From NCBI GenBank assembly GCA_051294375.1, contig CM119263.1:62001-126000 (forward strand): DNA of 64,000 nucleotides, in the 5' to 3' direction. The DNA is from Paraspadella gotoi (Eukaryota > Animalia > Chaetognatha). The translations under genes were made by a program, and so were the position numbers. The notes beneath the pieces were generated by a model. That model made no database searches, was not told the DNA's origin, and saw only the letters and a list, made by a program, of their open reading frames with translations. How positions within the stretch are numbered: position 1 is the stretch's first letter; each line of letters starts with the position of its first letter. Shown piece after piece: positions 1-11,422 of the stretch.

Positions 1-1989
1 TTTATTTCTCACAAATCATTTTTGTTACAATCAAACTCTCTCTCTCTCTCTCTATCTCCAGGTGGACAGATTATCTTTCCTCCCCCCCGAGAAAGCGTTG
101 ACCCCTGAAACCTACGGGCGGTTTTTCGAAAATCCCCATGGCTTCTGAGCCGGAATCCAATCAGAGAGAAAGTGGGGGAAGACCGGGGTAACATTCTGCG
201 GGACCGACCAATTCCGGCGCAACGTCCCGTCCACCCAGCAGACCAAACAATTTCAAACGCCCCCTCACTCCTCATCCCTCGTCCAAAGCTTCGCGGATTC
301 GACGAGAGAGGGAGAAACTGATAAAAAAAAAGAGCATCCAAAATTATAAAAGAGGCAACCAAAAAAAAAAGATCTCATGGAAAAAAATAAACATCTTAGT
401 TTTTTATCTTTATAATTCCGTTACTCACTTTAATACTCAGTGTTTCCTGGTTGTCCAATTTTTTCAGCAATTTTTTTCATACAATGTAAAGTGTAGTAAG
501 AAGTAAGAACATTACTTTTTGGATTTGTCAAGCACAACTGAAATGCCCTTAGTTGAAACGCAGCTCTAAGACAAGAGACTAGTAAAAACTAGCCTTAACT
601 ATAAAATTAGAATTGCTAGAGATTTAACAATCCAGTAGAATTAGATATAGCTCAAGCGTTTAAAATTTTTATATTCATAAATCATGAAATAATTGTGCCA
701 TAATATTTTGGCGTTGATTTAATTTTTTTAACCTGGATTTGACATAAGCTATTTGACTATATTTATATATACTGTAACCATTTCAAGTTAGAAGTGTATT
801 GTTAAATGTTCAGTGAAATTCAAGAGAAAGAAAATTCTCTTTCTTAAAATCTCCAACTCAACCTTCGCCGATCATTTTTCTCTCTCCATCGATTCAAGAC
901 TTTCCGCGTTTTTACGACGAATTCGTCTCATTTTTCGTCTCATTTTTCGCCTTATCTGCGGCGGCGATCTCCTCTCGGCGCCGTGACGCCGTCTGTTCGA
1001 CCGATAACCGTCGCCGGGTTTTCATCCGGCCGCCGCTGCCGGAGAGGAGAGCGGCCGAAGTCGAAAGAGGCGAGGAATCCGGCCGAAGAGGAATACAAAT
1101 GCCGAATCTTGCAAATGAAAAAATCTCTGAATGTTTTTGAATCTTAGCTGATGAATTATTATCATCAATATTATTATATTATCAGCAACAAAATGAGGCA
1201 GTAGGTACTTTGTACCGTTTTCTAAATGATACTGAAACTGACAGATACTATGGACATTTGGTTGACCAATCCCAATCGACAAACGAATACCGCTTCCCGA
1301 AAATCCTTAGTGGAAACAAAACAAAAGGGACAGGTTATCAGCCGAGACTTAGGAATTTTTTATTAACGCTTCGGCTATAAACAAGAAAGGGTGCAAAACT
1401 CTGCGAGGGAAAGAAAAGAGCGGAAATTTGCATGGAAAGAGAAAAGGCTTCAAAGCTAATCCTCCTCGCGGGCCGAAGCCACACCATTTTTATTTATTTA
1501 TAACCATAAGTCAAGAGTCGCCAAGAATCTTTTACGACAATAACAAAACATAAACCACGCAAATCTAGAAAAAAAAATGCGCACATTATCTACAAGAGAT
1601 ATAAACAGCAATAAAAAGTGACAAATAAAACGCATAACTATAAAAGAAACAACTACGAAACTCGTGAAAAAAAAATACTAGAAAAAAACGCCGTGATATC
1701 AAGTATATCAAATCTTTCTCCCTAGTATACATTCATTACTTACTACTATCATACTTACTTTTAAACTAATCGAAGGCTAAAAAGAGCACATTTTAAACAT
1801 ATTACAACTTAACTCTTAATATTTTAAAACAATTATATTACTAGCGGAGTGATTAAGTACCGATATTATATTTTATATGTACATAGAATCCAATAAAATT
1901 GTATATTGTTAGATTGTTTTCTTAGTCTGCATTGATAGGCGGCTGGTTTGTGTTTTAAAATTCCACTTCCTTTTTACCATTTATGAAGA

Positions 1990-2118
<129 letters not shown>

Positions 2119-2856
2119 TCATTCTGACCTCGAATTCTGGGTCATAAAGAAACAATTGATGTTTGAACTCGTATGAAATAAGAAGTCGGATCGGCGTTTG
2201 GAATCGAAATTACTGAACGAGGTTGTGAGTGGCGTGACATAGAATAGGATGGCGGAAAAAATGGAAAAGAAATTATACGTTGAGATGGGAGAATGCGAAG
2301 AGATAATTAAATGACAAGGAATAGGTCCAATGGGGAAAATTGTTATTTGAGATTCCGACAAAGAAAGTCGCATAAAAAATCTTTTGAGATAATATTAAAT
2401 TAATATATTAATAATTAATATATCATTATATAATGAATATTATATATTATAATATTAAATTAATGTTAACTAAATACTGTGATAAATATGTCACCTTTCG
2501 TTAAGAAAAAGTTATAAAGGAAAAAGTCACAAGTTGGTTCCACCGGAAGCGAAAGTTGGAGAAGTCAGATCGAACGGGCGATGGAATCGGCAACCGTGAG
2601 ATGGAATCGGGTCACGTGATTCCGGATGGAGACGCGACATTTCGTGAGGGGGGGGACGGAGAATGGGGGAAAGTTGGAGAGATGGAATCGTGGAAGCGAA
2701 TCCAGGTCAAGAACGAACTCCGGTCTCTGGAGTTGGGCGAGAGGAAACGAGTGAGTAAACTCGGTTTCCGATACGAGATGGCGTTATGAAAGATGGAGTA
2801 GGAGAGAGAGAGAGAGAGAAAGAGAATGAAAGAGGAGAGAGAGAGAGAGAGAGAGA

Positions 2857-2893
<37 letters not shown>

Positions 2894-2900
2894 GGGAGAA

Positions 2901-2936
<36 letters not shown>

Positions 2937-3134
2937 AAGAGAAAGAGAGAGACAGAGACACAGAGCACAGACACAGAGAGAGAGAGAAAAAAAGAGAGAG
3001 AGAGAGACACAACAAGCCAGCCCGACGCTGAAACCCTGGCACGAAAAAAAAAATTCCGAGAGAAAATCGAGTTTAGGTAGAGAACGTTTTCAAAGAACCG
3101 CGACGATCTTGAATTCAAATCAGTGATGGAATCA

Positions 3135-3502
3135 AACCACCACCTCCCCCTTAACCACCTCTTGCCCTTTAGCTAGCTCCCCCTAACGACTCCCCTTAAC
3201 GACCTCCCCCCTTAACGCACCTCCCCTCTTAACCATCTCCCCCACTTAACCACTCCACCCCTAACCACCTCCCCCCCTTAACCACCTCCCCCTTAACCAC
3301 CTCCACCCTTAACCTCCTCCCCCTAAACCACCTCCCCCCTTAACCACCTCCCCCCTTTACCACCTCCCCCTCTTAACCATCTCCCCCACTTAACCACCTC
3401 CACCCCTAAACCACCTCCCCCTTTAACCACCTCCCCACTTAACCCACCTCCACCCCATTAACCACCTCCACCCTAAACCACCTCGCCCCCTTAACCCACC
3501 CC
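3135..3502. repeat. C-rich minisatellite, unit about 15-17 bp (TTAACCACCTCCCCC)
   Basis: About 20 degenerate tandem copies, in the K2P intron downstream of the cap exon. Confidence 0.9.
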
Positions 3503-3677
3503 TCTCTCACCTATAGTGGTGATGACCGTGATGGAGTAAAGCAAAGATCCGGCGAACGACCACTCAACCGTCTCGTCAGTTTCGTCTCCCCCTGTCCGCA
3601 TTTTGTACGTACAAACGTTAAATTAAAACAATGTACTGTCGCTTCCAAAAAAGCGGTCCGGACGTCCGCGTACGAAC

Positions 3678-3833
3678 CTGAGTATCCGTACTTGTTGACG
3701 AGTTCGAGCAGAAGCTCTTCGAAGATCTTGATCTCCTCCAGCGCTTTGTCCGTCCAGTTGGTCTGATGGAGGACGTTCAAGTCGACCGTCAACTGCCACA
3801 ACCGAATCACCGTCTCTTCTCGAGCGCATTGAG
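3678..3833 (-). CDS. K2P channel extracellular cap exon; pore (GYG) exons not found in window
   Basis: Acceptor TTTTCAG| and donor CAG|GTTCGT, phase 1-1, in frame with the TM1 exon. Encodes AQCAREETVIRLWQLTVDLNVLHQTNWTDKALEEIKIFEELLLELVNKYGYS(G), the LWxxTxxLNVLxxxNWT...GYxG cap pattern of TWK-like K2Ps. Confidence 0.88.
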
Positions 3834-4014
3834 CTGAAAATGTTCATTGGTTAATACGTTATCTCATGATTCGTTAAAAAAAGACAATAAAGTTTCTGAT
3901 TCGACATTTGACTAATTCTGACTTATCTGTTTCATAATTTTCTTGACCCATTTAGGAACTTTGGAATTAACTTACCAACATCGAATAAGAAAGGGCCCCT
4001 CTCCATTGACTTAC

Positions 4015-4176
4015 CCTTGACCTTTGTCCCCCTCTCCTCGGCAGATTCGATCTTCTCAAAGGTAAGTCCGCCCACGATCGCGTAGAGCACGACGAGACCA
4101 CAAAGTCCAACGTGAGAAAACATGAAGGCAACGAAGGTTTTGCAACAAGACATGCACTTCTGCCCTCTGGTCGGTC
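4015..4176 (-). CDS. K2P (two-pore-domain) potassium channel, TWK-7/TWK-18-like, TM1 exon
   Basis: Acceptor TTTGTTTCCCGCTCAG| and donor G|GTAAGT, phase 1 to phase 1. Translation (G)PTRGQKCMSCCKTFVAFMFSHVGLCGLVVLYAIVGGLTFEKIESAEERGTKVK matches the FSHVGLxxLVxxYxxxGxxxFxxxE TM1 signature of invertebrate K2P channels. Confidence 0.9.
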
Positions 4177-5838
4177 CTGAGCGGGAAACAAATCAAATTA
4201 AACATTAAATCATTAAACAAATAATTTATTTGGTTCGATGGAGGAATTCGCGTCATTTTTCAAAGTTCTATAAGTGCATACTTAAATAACGAAAATGCTT
4301 AAATGCTGTTGAGTTTAAAACTGTAAATTCTCCATACAAGAGTCGCTCAGAAAGTCTCTCTTGGTTAAAAATATTTCATCTCTCAGGATTATAAAAAAAA
4401 CCGCGAAATGCTTCTTACAATCTTCCATCTTATCTTTTCCTGAAACTTTGTCTGAATCTTTGACTGAATCTCTGACTGAATGAGTTGCTGTTTTCCCTAA
4501 GACAGCGACCACCGCTCGTCTCTCTTTCGCGTCCCTCAGCATCAGCGCCATCTTCGTTGTTGTCATTTCCGGTTTTTATTTCCTCCACAAATATGCGGAG
4601 TTCCCGAGAGCCAACGTCGAAGGGGACAAAGGGGATTTGGGGAAAGGAAGGAACCGAGCGATGGATTTGGTCGGGAATGTGAACTGAAATGAAAACAGAG
4701 GGCGCTTATGGGTTGTAACGAAGCGGGTCTGGTCAAAGTCAAGTGCGTTGTGGAGAAACAGAGATAAGAAGAGTCGACGTGACGGCGGAGTACTGTGTCA
4801 CGGATTCCAAGACCCACAAGTTTGTCGCAATGTCAAGGTTGATTTTTTTAACCACCTGTCTGACTTTGCCCTCTACTGGACGACGGCAACAGCGACGGAG
4901 GCCCCTGCAGCCCCCCTGCAGCCCCCCTGCAGCCCCCTGCACCCATCTCCAACCCTCGCCCGACGAATGCAGACCAGACGCGACTCCAGATTAAATTCCA
5001 GCATCGGATTTCGTCCTCCCCCAGACCCAAATGGTCATCCCCTCTCTTTCTGCTCTTTGTTCTATTTCCTATTTTTCTTCTCTTTCATTCATCTTTGTAT
5101 CTCTGTATTTTTGTATTTCTTTAGTTTTCATAAATTAAGTTTCTTACTTGAAAGGATTATCATTTTTCTCAAAACCCGAAGTAATTATAATAAACTAAAA
5201 AAGTCTAAAAGAGATGTAGTCTGCTTCCAAAAATGCGAAAAAAAGGAGCAATTCTCTGGAAAAGTTCTTTCGAAGATCGCGAGGGTCAAAACAATGCGGA
5301 TATAAAGGAGAAGGAAGGGTTGAAGCAGGGAGAGAGAGAGAGAGGGAAAAGTCGAGAGTTGGAGTGGGAAGAGAGGAGAGAGAGAGAGAGAGAGGAGAGA
5401 GGGAGAGGGAGAGAGGAGAGAGGTAGAGGGAGAGAGGAAAAGAGAGGGAGAGAAGGGAGAGGGAGAAAGGAATTGGAGGCTGGAATCGATACTCGCCGGC
5501 GAGGGGGGGGGTCGGAAGATCGTGTGAGAAAGAGTTTCAACTTAAAAATAAAAGTTGTCGCAGTTTTTCATATTGGTTGAAAAAGAAGAAGTGGTTTCGA
5601 GTTTAAAGGTTATATGAGGTCAAAACGATTTTAATGGAAATCGCAGTTGCCATGACGACGAGTTGGTCACTGGTCAGTTTCACAAAAGTAAACAGGGCTA
5701 CTTGGAGTGAGGTTGTCCTCATAAGAGTTATGATTTGTAAAGAATCTTAGGAAACAAAAAAGTCTAATCTTCCTAATAAAGTCCGAAATCAATCAAATTT
5801 TCAACATTTGGGAAGAACGGCACGAAAAAGTTTGGGTA

Positions 5839-5897
<59 letters not shown>

Positions 5898-5976
5898 AAG
5901 GTAACGAAAGCGAAAGAGAAATAAAGGTCAAAGATCAAAATGGATGAGAGAAGCGGAGAGAGGAGAGAGGAGAGAC

Positions 5977-6034
<58 letters not shown>

Positions 6035-6867
6035 AAAGGTTGAGCGAAGATTTAATCAGATCAACGGAAAACTTATCCAAGCAAAAAGAGCCACCAGACA
6101 AGCATATTTTCGCTCCGACTTTTCGCTTGAGAAAGCTTGCTTCTCACGATTTATTGCTAATCAACGCTGCGAAGATGCCATTGCAAAAAAAGTTTTGGAA
6201 ACGGGTCACAAATATCAAAATAGTTAGTTTTATTGCAGCGGGAGAAAATTTAAATTGAAATGCTGGAATTCATTACGACGTGACTATTTATTTTTTTGAA
6301 TTTCTTAAGAAAAGAAGACAAATGATATTTCATCTTTGGCTCAAGTTCAGCTTAAAAATATTTCCGACGAAAAAGACCCAATTTTCATGATCCTCTTCTT
6401 TCCGCACCGCGGATTTCAGAAGTTCTTCCCAGTTCTCCCAAGTTCTCCCAAGTTCTCCCAATGTAGTGACCCACGAAGGAAGAAACCAAAATTACATTTT
6501 GTGACAATTTTTTATTCTCGCTTCTCTAAACGTAAAAAAATATTTTCAGGCGGAACTTCGAGGTTTCGCTTTAGAAATCACGATTCACAAATTTGTGAAG
6601 GTCAGAAAAGGGGGTTTCTAGTCGGTGAATTTCCGATTCTTTTAATAATTGAACAGCGAAAAAAGGTCGGAGGTAGAGACTCTAAACTGGAAAGCTCTGC
6701 TTATTATTTAAGGCCACCATGTTCGGACGTCTCACGTGAAAAGAGTGATCTAACTAAAGATGGAGGGAAACGGGGGGAGGGAGAGAGAGNNNNNNNNNNA
6801 GAGAGAGAGAGTGAGCGGAGGTAGAAGATTTCGAAAGATATGAGAGATAATTCTGGAATGAGAGAAC

Positions 6868-7070
6868 GAAGGAAAAAGAAAAAATCAAATCGAAGGAAAA
6901 AGAAAAAATCAAATCGAAGGAAAAAGAAAAAATCAAATCGAAGGAAAAAGAAAAAATCAAATCGAAGGAAAAAGAAAAAATTAAATCGAAGGAAAAAGAA
7001 AAAATTGAATCGAAGGAAAAATAAAAAATCAAATCGAAGGAAAAAGAAAAAATCAAATCGAAGGAAAAAA
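6868..7070. repeat. 24-bp minisatellite (GAAGGAAAAAGAAAAAATCAAATC), about 8 copies
   Basis: Direct tandem copies; explains the RRKKKKSN and FSFSFDLI repeat ORFs. Confidence 0.95.
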
Positions 7071-7351
7071 GAAAAGAAAAAAATGATTTGAATAACCTGG
7101 GGGAGGGGAGGGCGGGGGAAGAAGGAAAAATGCCAATCGATCGATCTTTTCGCAACGGTTGCTGAAATCTAATATCGAAAAGAGTAGAATCGAGATTCAG
7201 AAATGGAAAATAAAACGATTCATTTAGATTCATGGGCTACTTTAATATCAGTTGTTGTTGTTGTTGTCGTTGTATTAAAGTTAGTCTCTAGTCATGTGAT
7301 ATCACTACGCATTGGATAAGGCTGATCCTTTCATCCTTTTATTCTAAAGTA

Positions 7352-7416
7352 TAATAGTGCATTGGGCTAAGGCATCTTCTCCGAATTCCAATGTTCCCGG
7401 GTTCTAACCCTGGTCG
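7352..7416 (+). pseudogene. Degenerate tRNA-like sequence (pseudo-tRNA or SINE head)
   Basis: TAGTGCATTGGGCTAAGGCA (A-box/D-arm-like) and CCGGGTTCTAACCCTGG (T-arm/B-box-like) at tRNA spacing, without acceptor or anticodon stems. Confidence 0.4.
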
Positions 7417-8024
7417 AAATTGTGGTTATTGTAGCAAAGGTTGAAAACAAGCAAATCAAAGGAAAACAAAAACAAAAACAAAAACAAGCCTTATATGAAG
7501 CGACTAAAAGGAAAGAATCCTTCTTATTTCGTCTCCGCAAAATGACGTCTGCTCTTCAAACAAAAGACGTGAGATACGATCTCTCGTCCGCCATTTTTTT
7601 ACGTTCATGACGGGAAAAACTTTCATATATATTCTATGGATTGAGAGAGATAAACCTTGAGATTTTTACTAATGATCAAATATGTAACTACTACAACGGC
7701 CGATATCTTTAAAATCCGAGGCATTTCTAAGAAATATGATTCGGATAAAACGGGGAAAAAATAATGACGGTTGGTAATTCGACTTGTCATTTTTAATAAA
7801 AAAATATTCAAACGATAAATTTCAACGATAAACTCGAAAACTTTGGCGAAGATCCAACAGATTTTGTCATAGAAAAAACAAACCAAAAAAAAGAACTGGA
7901 GAAGAAAGAGATTAAAATTGAGATTAAAAAGAGATTAAAATTGAGATTAAAAAGAGATTAAAATTTGAAAAATTTAAAGAAACTGAGATGGAAACGAAAA
8001 ATATTTCAAAAAAGTGGATTAACC

Positions 8025-8399
8025 AAATAATGTTCTTGTTATTGCTTGCAAATAATGTTCTTGTTATTGCTTTCAAATAATGTTCTTGTTATTGCTTGTA
8101 AATAATGTTTTTGTTTTTGCTTGCAAATAATGTTTTTGTTATTGCTTGCAAATAATGTTCTTGTTATTGCTTGCAAATAATGTTCTTGTTGTTGCTTGTA
8201 AATAATGTTTTTGTTATTGCTTGCAAATAATGTTTTTGTTATTGCTTGCAAATAATGTTCTTGTTATTGCTTGCAAATAATGTTCTTGTTGTTGCTTGTA
8301 AATAATGTTTTTGTTATTGCTTGCATATAATGTTCTTGTTATTTCTTGCAAATAATGTTCTTGTTATTGCTTGTAAATAATGTTTTTGTTATTGCTTGC
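8025..8399. repeat. 25-bp minisatellite (AAATAATGTTCTTGTTATTGCTTGC), about 15 copies
   Basis: Highly regular tandem array lying about 30 nt from the donor of the 8432-8506 exon. Confidence 0.95.
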
Positions 8400-8431
8400 T
8401 AAAAAAGTTAATAAACTGACTTCTTCCTTAC

Positions 8432-8506
8432 CTTCTGATATGGGAGGGTGCGGGCCGAGACCGTCGGGCAAGGTGCCGTCTTGATGTTGAAGTGAGTCGT
8501 CAGAAT
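8432..8506 (-). CDS. Probable K2P N-terminal exon (75 nt)
   Basis: TTTTGTTTTCGCAG| ... GAAG|GTAAGG, symmetric phase 1-1. Encodes DSDDSLQHQDGTLPDGLGPHPPISE(G) and joins in frame to the exon at 4176. Confidence 0.75.
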
Positions 8507-9735
8507 CTGCGAAAACAAAAAGACATCGATGACTAGAAACTAAAAATAGAAATTCTGTTCTTGACTCTTGATTAGTCCGTGCATTCCTCGACCAGGAACC
8601 TATTAGTCCGTGCAGACGAGATCTGCTTAGTCCGTGCACTCCTTCCATTCATATTTCCATCGTGCGTACTCATGCAAATGCCCCCCCTCAAAAACTATAA
8701 ACTTTCAAAGCTTTAGACTTTTCTATCGAGTAGAAAAGATTAAAAGTCTTGCAAATTTTAAGGATCTGATAATAGTTGCAAAGTCAGTTTAAAAACTAAC
8801 AAAAAATATAAACAAATGTGTTAAAAATATAAATTATTCAAGTTAATCTTTCTCGAAATAAAAAAAGAAGAATTAGTCAAAGATTGTCACGAATTTACGG
8901 TTCCAGGTTTTTTGCTCTTCACTCCCGCGTGGACGATTTCAGTTTCTGTTCTCATCTCAGCGGCGCCCTTACGACGGCGCCATTACGNNNNNNNNNNNNN
9001 NNNNNNNNNNNNNNNNNNNNNNNNNNNNNNNNNNNNNNNNNNNNNNNNNNNNNNNNNNNNNNNNNNNNNNNNNNNNNNNNNNNNNNNNNNNNNNNNNNNN
9101 NNNNNNNNNNNNNNNNNNNNNNNNNNNNNNNNNNNNNNNNNNNNNNNNNNNNNNNNNNNNNNNNNNNNNNNNNNNNNNNNNNNNNNNNNNNNNNNNNNNN
9201 NNNNNNNNNNNNNNNNNNNNNNNNNNNNNNNNNNNNNNNNNNNNNNNNNNNNNNNNNNNNNNNNNNNNNNNNNNNNNNNNNNNNNNNNNNNNNNNNNNNN
9301 NNNNNNNNNNNNNNNNNNNNNNNNNNNNNNNNNNNNNNNNNNNNNNNNNNNNNNNNNNNNNNNNNNNNNNNNNNNNNNNNNNNNNNNNNNNNNNNNNNNN
9401 NNNNNNNNNNNNNNNNNNNNNNNNNNNNNNNNNNNNNNNNNNNNNNNNNNNNNNNNNNNNNNNNNNNNNNNNNNNNNNNNNNNNNNNNNNNNNNNNNNNN
9501 NNNNNNNNNNNNNNNNNNNNNNNNNNNNNNNNNNNNNNNNNNNNNNNNNNNNNNNNNNNNNNNNNNNNNNNNNNNNNNNNNNNNNNNNNNNNNNNNNNNN
9601 NNNNNNNNNNNNNNNNNNNNNNNNNNNNNNNNNNNNTTGTCCGGAGAAAATGAAAACGAGATCTTTTGTTCGGTTTTATTTTTTTTTTAATGACCCTGGC
9701 TAATAGTATTTTTTTAAAAATATTTACTTTTATTA

Positions 9736-9806
<71 letters not shown>

Positions 9807-9849
9807 CTCTTCTCTCTCTTACATGATCTATTCTAGTGCCCTACCTGGA

Positions 9850-10331
9850 TTGAGTAACAATCCTTCAAGTCATGTTTATTAGCATGCTTTTCAATGCTGG
9901 TTAAGACTTTAGACAATGACGATATCACTTTGACTTTTCATGCGAAATCAAAGAATGCTCTCCTCATCATGTTAAGCTAGGACTTGTTATGGTTAAAACT
10001 TGTTTGTCCAACAATCGTGTCTTTTTAAAAAAGAAAAAGTCGAGAAATGAAAAGAAAAAAAAAGAAGAAATTCTCTTTTCCTGGTTGATAAGAACCAAAC
10101 TCATTCAGAGTTACTAGCAGGGGTTTGTGTTAGTCTACAAACTGGAGAGAGAGATTTCGTCTTTGATTACGAATGATAAATGACATTTTAAAGATAAATT
10201 ATTATTTATTCTCTTTATACCTAAGCTCTCACTGTTTCTTTTTAAGTTTTGATCTTTGTTCTTTGATAGAATTAAAAAAAAAACACTTGATGAAGGCTTG
10301 AATGAAAGCCGAAACTTGTCTGTACAATAAA
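9850..10331 (+). mobile_element. Penelope-like element 3' remnant: decayed GIY-YIG C-terminus, hammerhead-like motif, AATAAA
   Basis: Broken frame SNNPSSHVY*HAFQC / LDNDDITLTFHAKSKNALLIM..LLWLKLVCPTI resembles the PLE endonuclease tail (S.V..H...C...L.I.EAL.IK...P.IN). Hammerhead-like motif at 10283-10323 and AATAAA at 10326. Confidence 0.5.
10283..10323 (+). ncRNA. Minimal type I hammerhead-like motif (variant core)
   Basis: ACA-C-TTGATGA-A-GGCTT-GAATGA-AAGCC-GAAAC-TT-GTC-TGT: perfect 5-bp stem II, GAAA, 2-bp stem III and a GTC triplet. Noisy duplicate at about 12760-12800. Confidence 0.55.
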
Positions 10332-10645
10332 ATAAAAATGTCGTTGATGTAACAAGATTTCGTCTTTAATCTGAAATAAAAAAAGTATTCAAAGAAGATA
10401 TCTCTGCGTGGAAACGTGTGGTTTAAAATATATCAAACACTATTTTTATTTTAAAACGTTTGGGACTCATTAAAGTTTCCAAACCTTATTTCCTTCAAAA
10501 CTTATTTCATTTAGTCTAAAAGACGATTTAGCGACTTAAAGAACATTAACATGTAATGTCATTAACATTAACATTAACAGGTATTGTCATAAATCTATAT
10601 TGATATCAGACGTAATCAAACAAGACAATCGGAGAGAGGGAGAGA

Positions 10646-10693
<48 letters not shown>

Positions 10694-11170
10694 ATTGGAA
10701 TTACTCTTACGAGATTTCCTGCAGCAGCATTTCATCCTGCAGCAGCAACGCAGTCGACAAGATCGTGATTTTCTTTCCTCACGATCTGAGTCGGAGTTTC
10801 TCTCCCTCTCCTCCTCTTCCTCCTCCTCTTCCTCCTCCTCCTCCTTTGAGGATTTCCAATGTTTTTTCTTTTTTTCTTTTCTTTCTTTTTTTTCTTTTAT
10901 CGAACGAAGAAGAGAATCAAAGTTAGAAGTTTTAATACATTTAATACATTTAATTTATTTAATGATATCGAAATTCGAAACCTAAACTTCAAAGGTTCGA
11001 TCAAAACGAGGTTACAGGTAAATACCGCCTCAAGCTGAATTGGGTCAATGTAACCGAATTAAATCACTGACCAACTTTCTTGTCCTCTCACGCCCCGAGA
11101 ATCAAATCACCAGCATCCTAAGGCTTCACATCCAAAGGTCACACTTTTCGGTCTCACTTTTTGGACTCAC

Positions 11171-11232
11171 CTTCGCTGTCGGTGGGATCCTCGTTGGCCG
11201 ACGGGGAGATGAGGGCATCGGTGGAGCATTGT
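11171..11232 (-). CDS. Probable K2P N-terminal exon, 5' end lost near a 10-N gap; noisy duplicate at 13714-13783
   Basis: Ends GAAG|GTGAGT in phase 1 and reads CSTDALISPSANEDPTDSE. The duplicate at 13714-13783 shows the acceptor (AATTCAG|ACGAC) but has extra single bases. Confidence 0.6.
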
Positions 11233-11311
11233 GTGTGANNNNNNNNNNGCGCCGCCTTTTGTCCCCGTGGAAACCGGCGTCATTGAAATGTGGGCGGCGT
11301 AGATTGAACAC

Positions 11312-11422
11312 CTTTGCGGGGGGGGACATTTCGCACCTCTTCGATCCGTCGCGTGGAACGACTGGCGAATGGCAAACGAGGCTCGTATGGCAACGATGCT
11401 CGACTGGCAACCGATTCCCGCG
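11312..11422 (-). CDS. Candidate symmetric 111-nt cassette exon of the K2P gene
   Basis: Acceptor GGTTTTCAG| and weak donor AAAG|GTGTTC, phase 1-1. Open frame ARESVASRASLPYEPRLPFASRSTRRIEEVRNVPPRK. Confidence 0.35.

Noticed and set aside
8884-9703. Long ORFs crossing N runs (also 15279-15533 and 23880-24260)
   Set aside because: Their length comes from assembly gaps.
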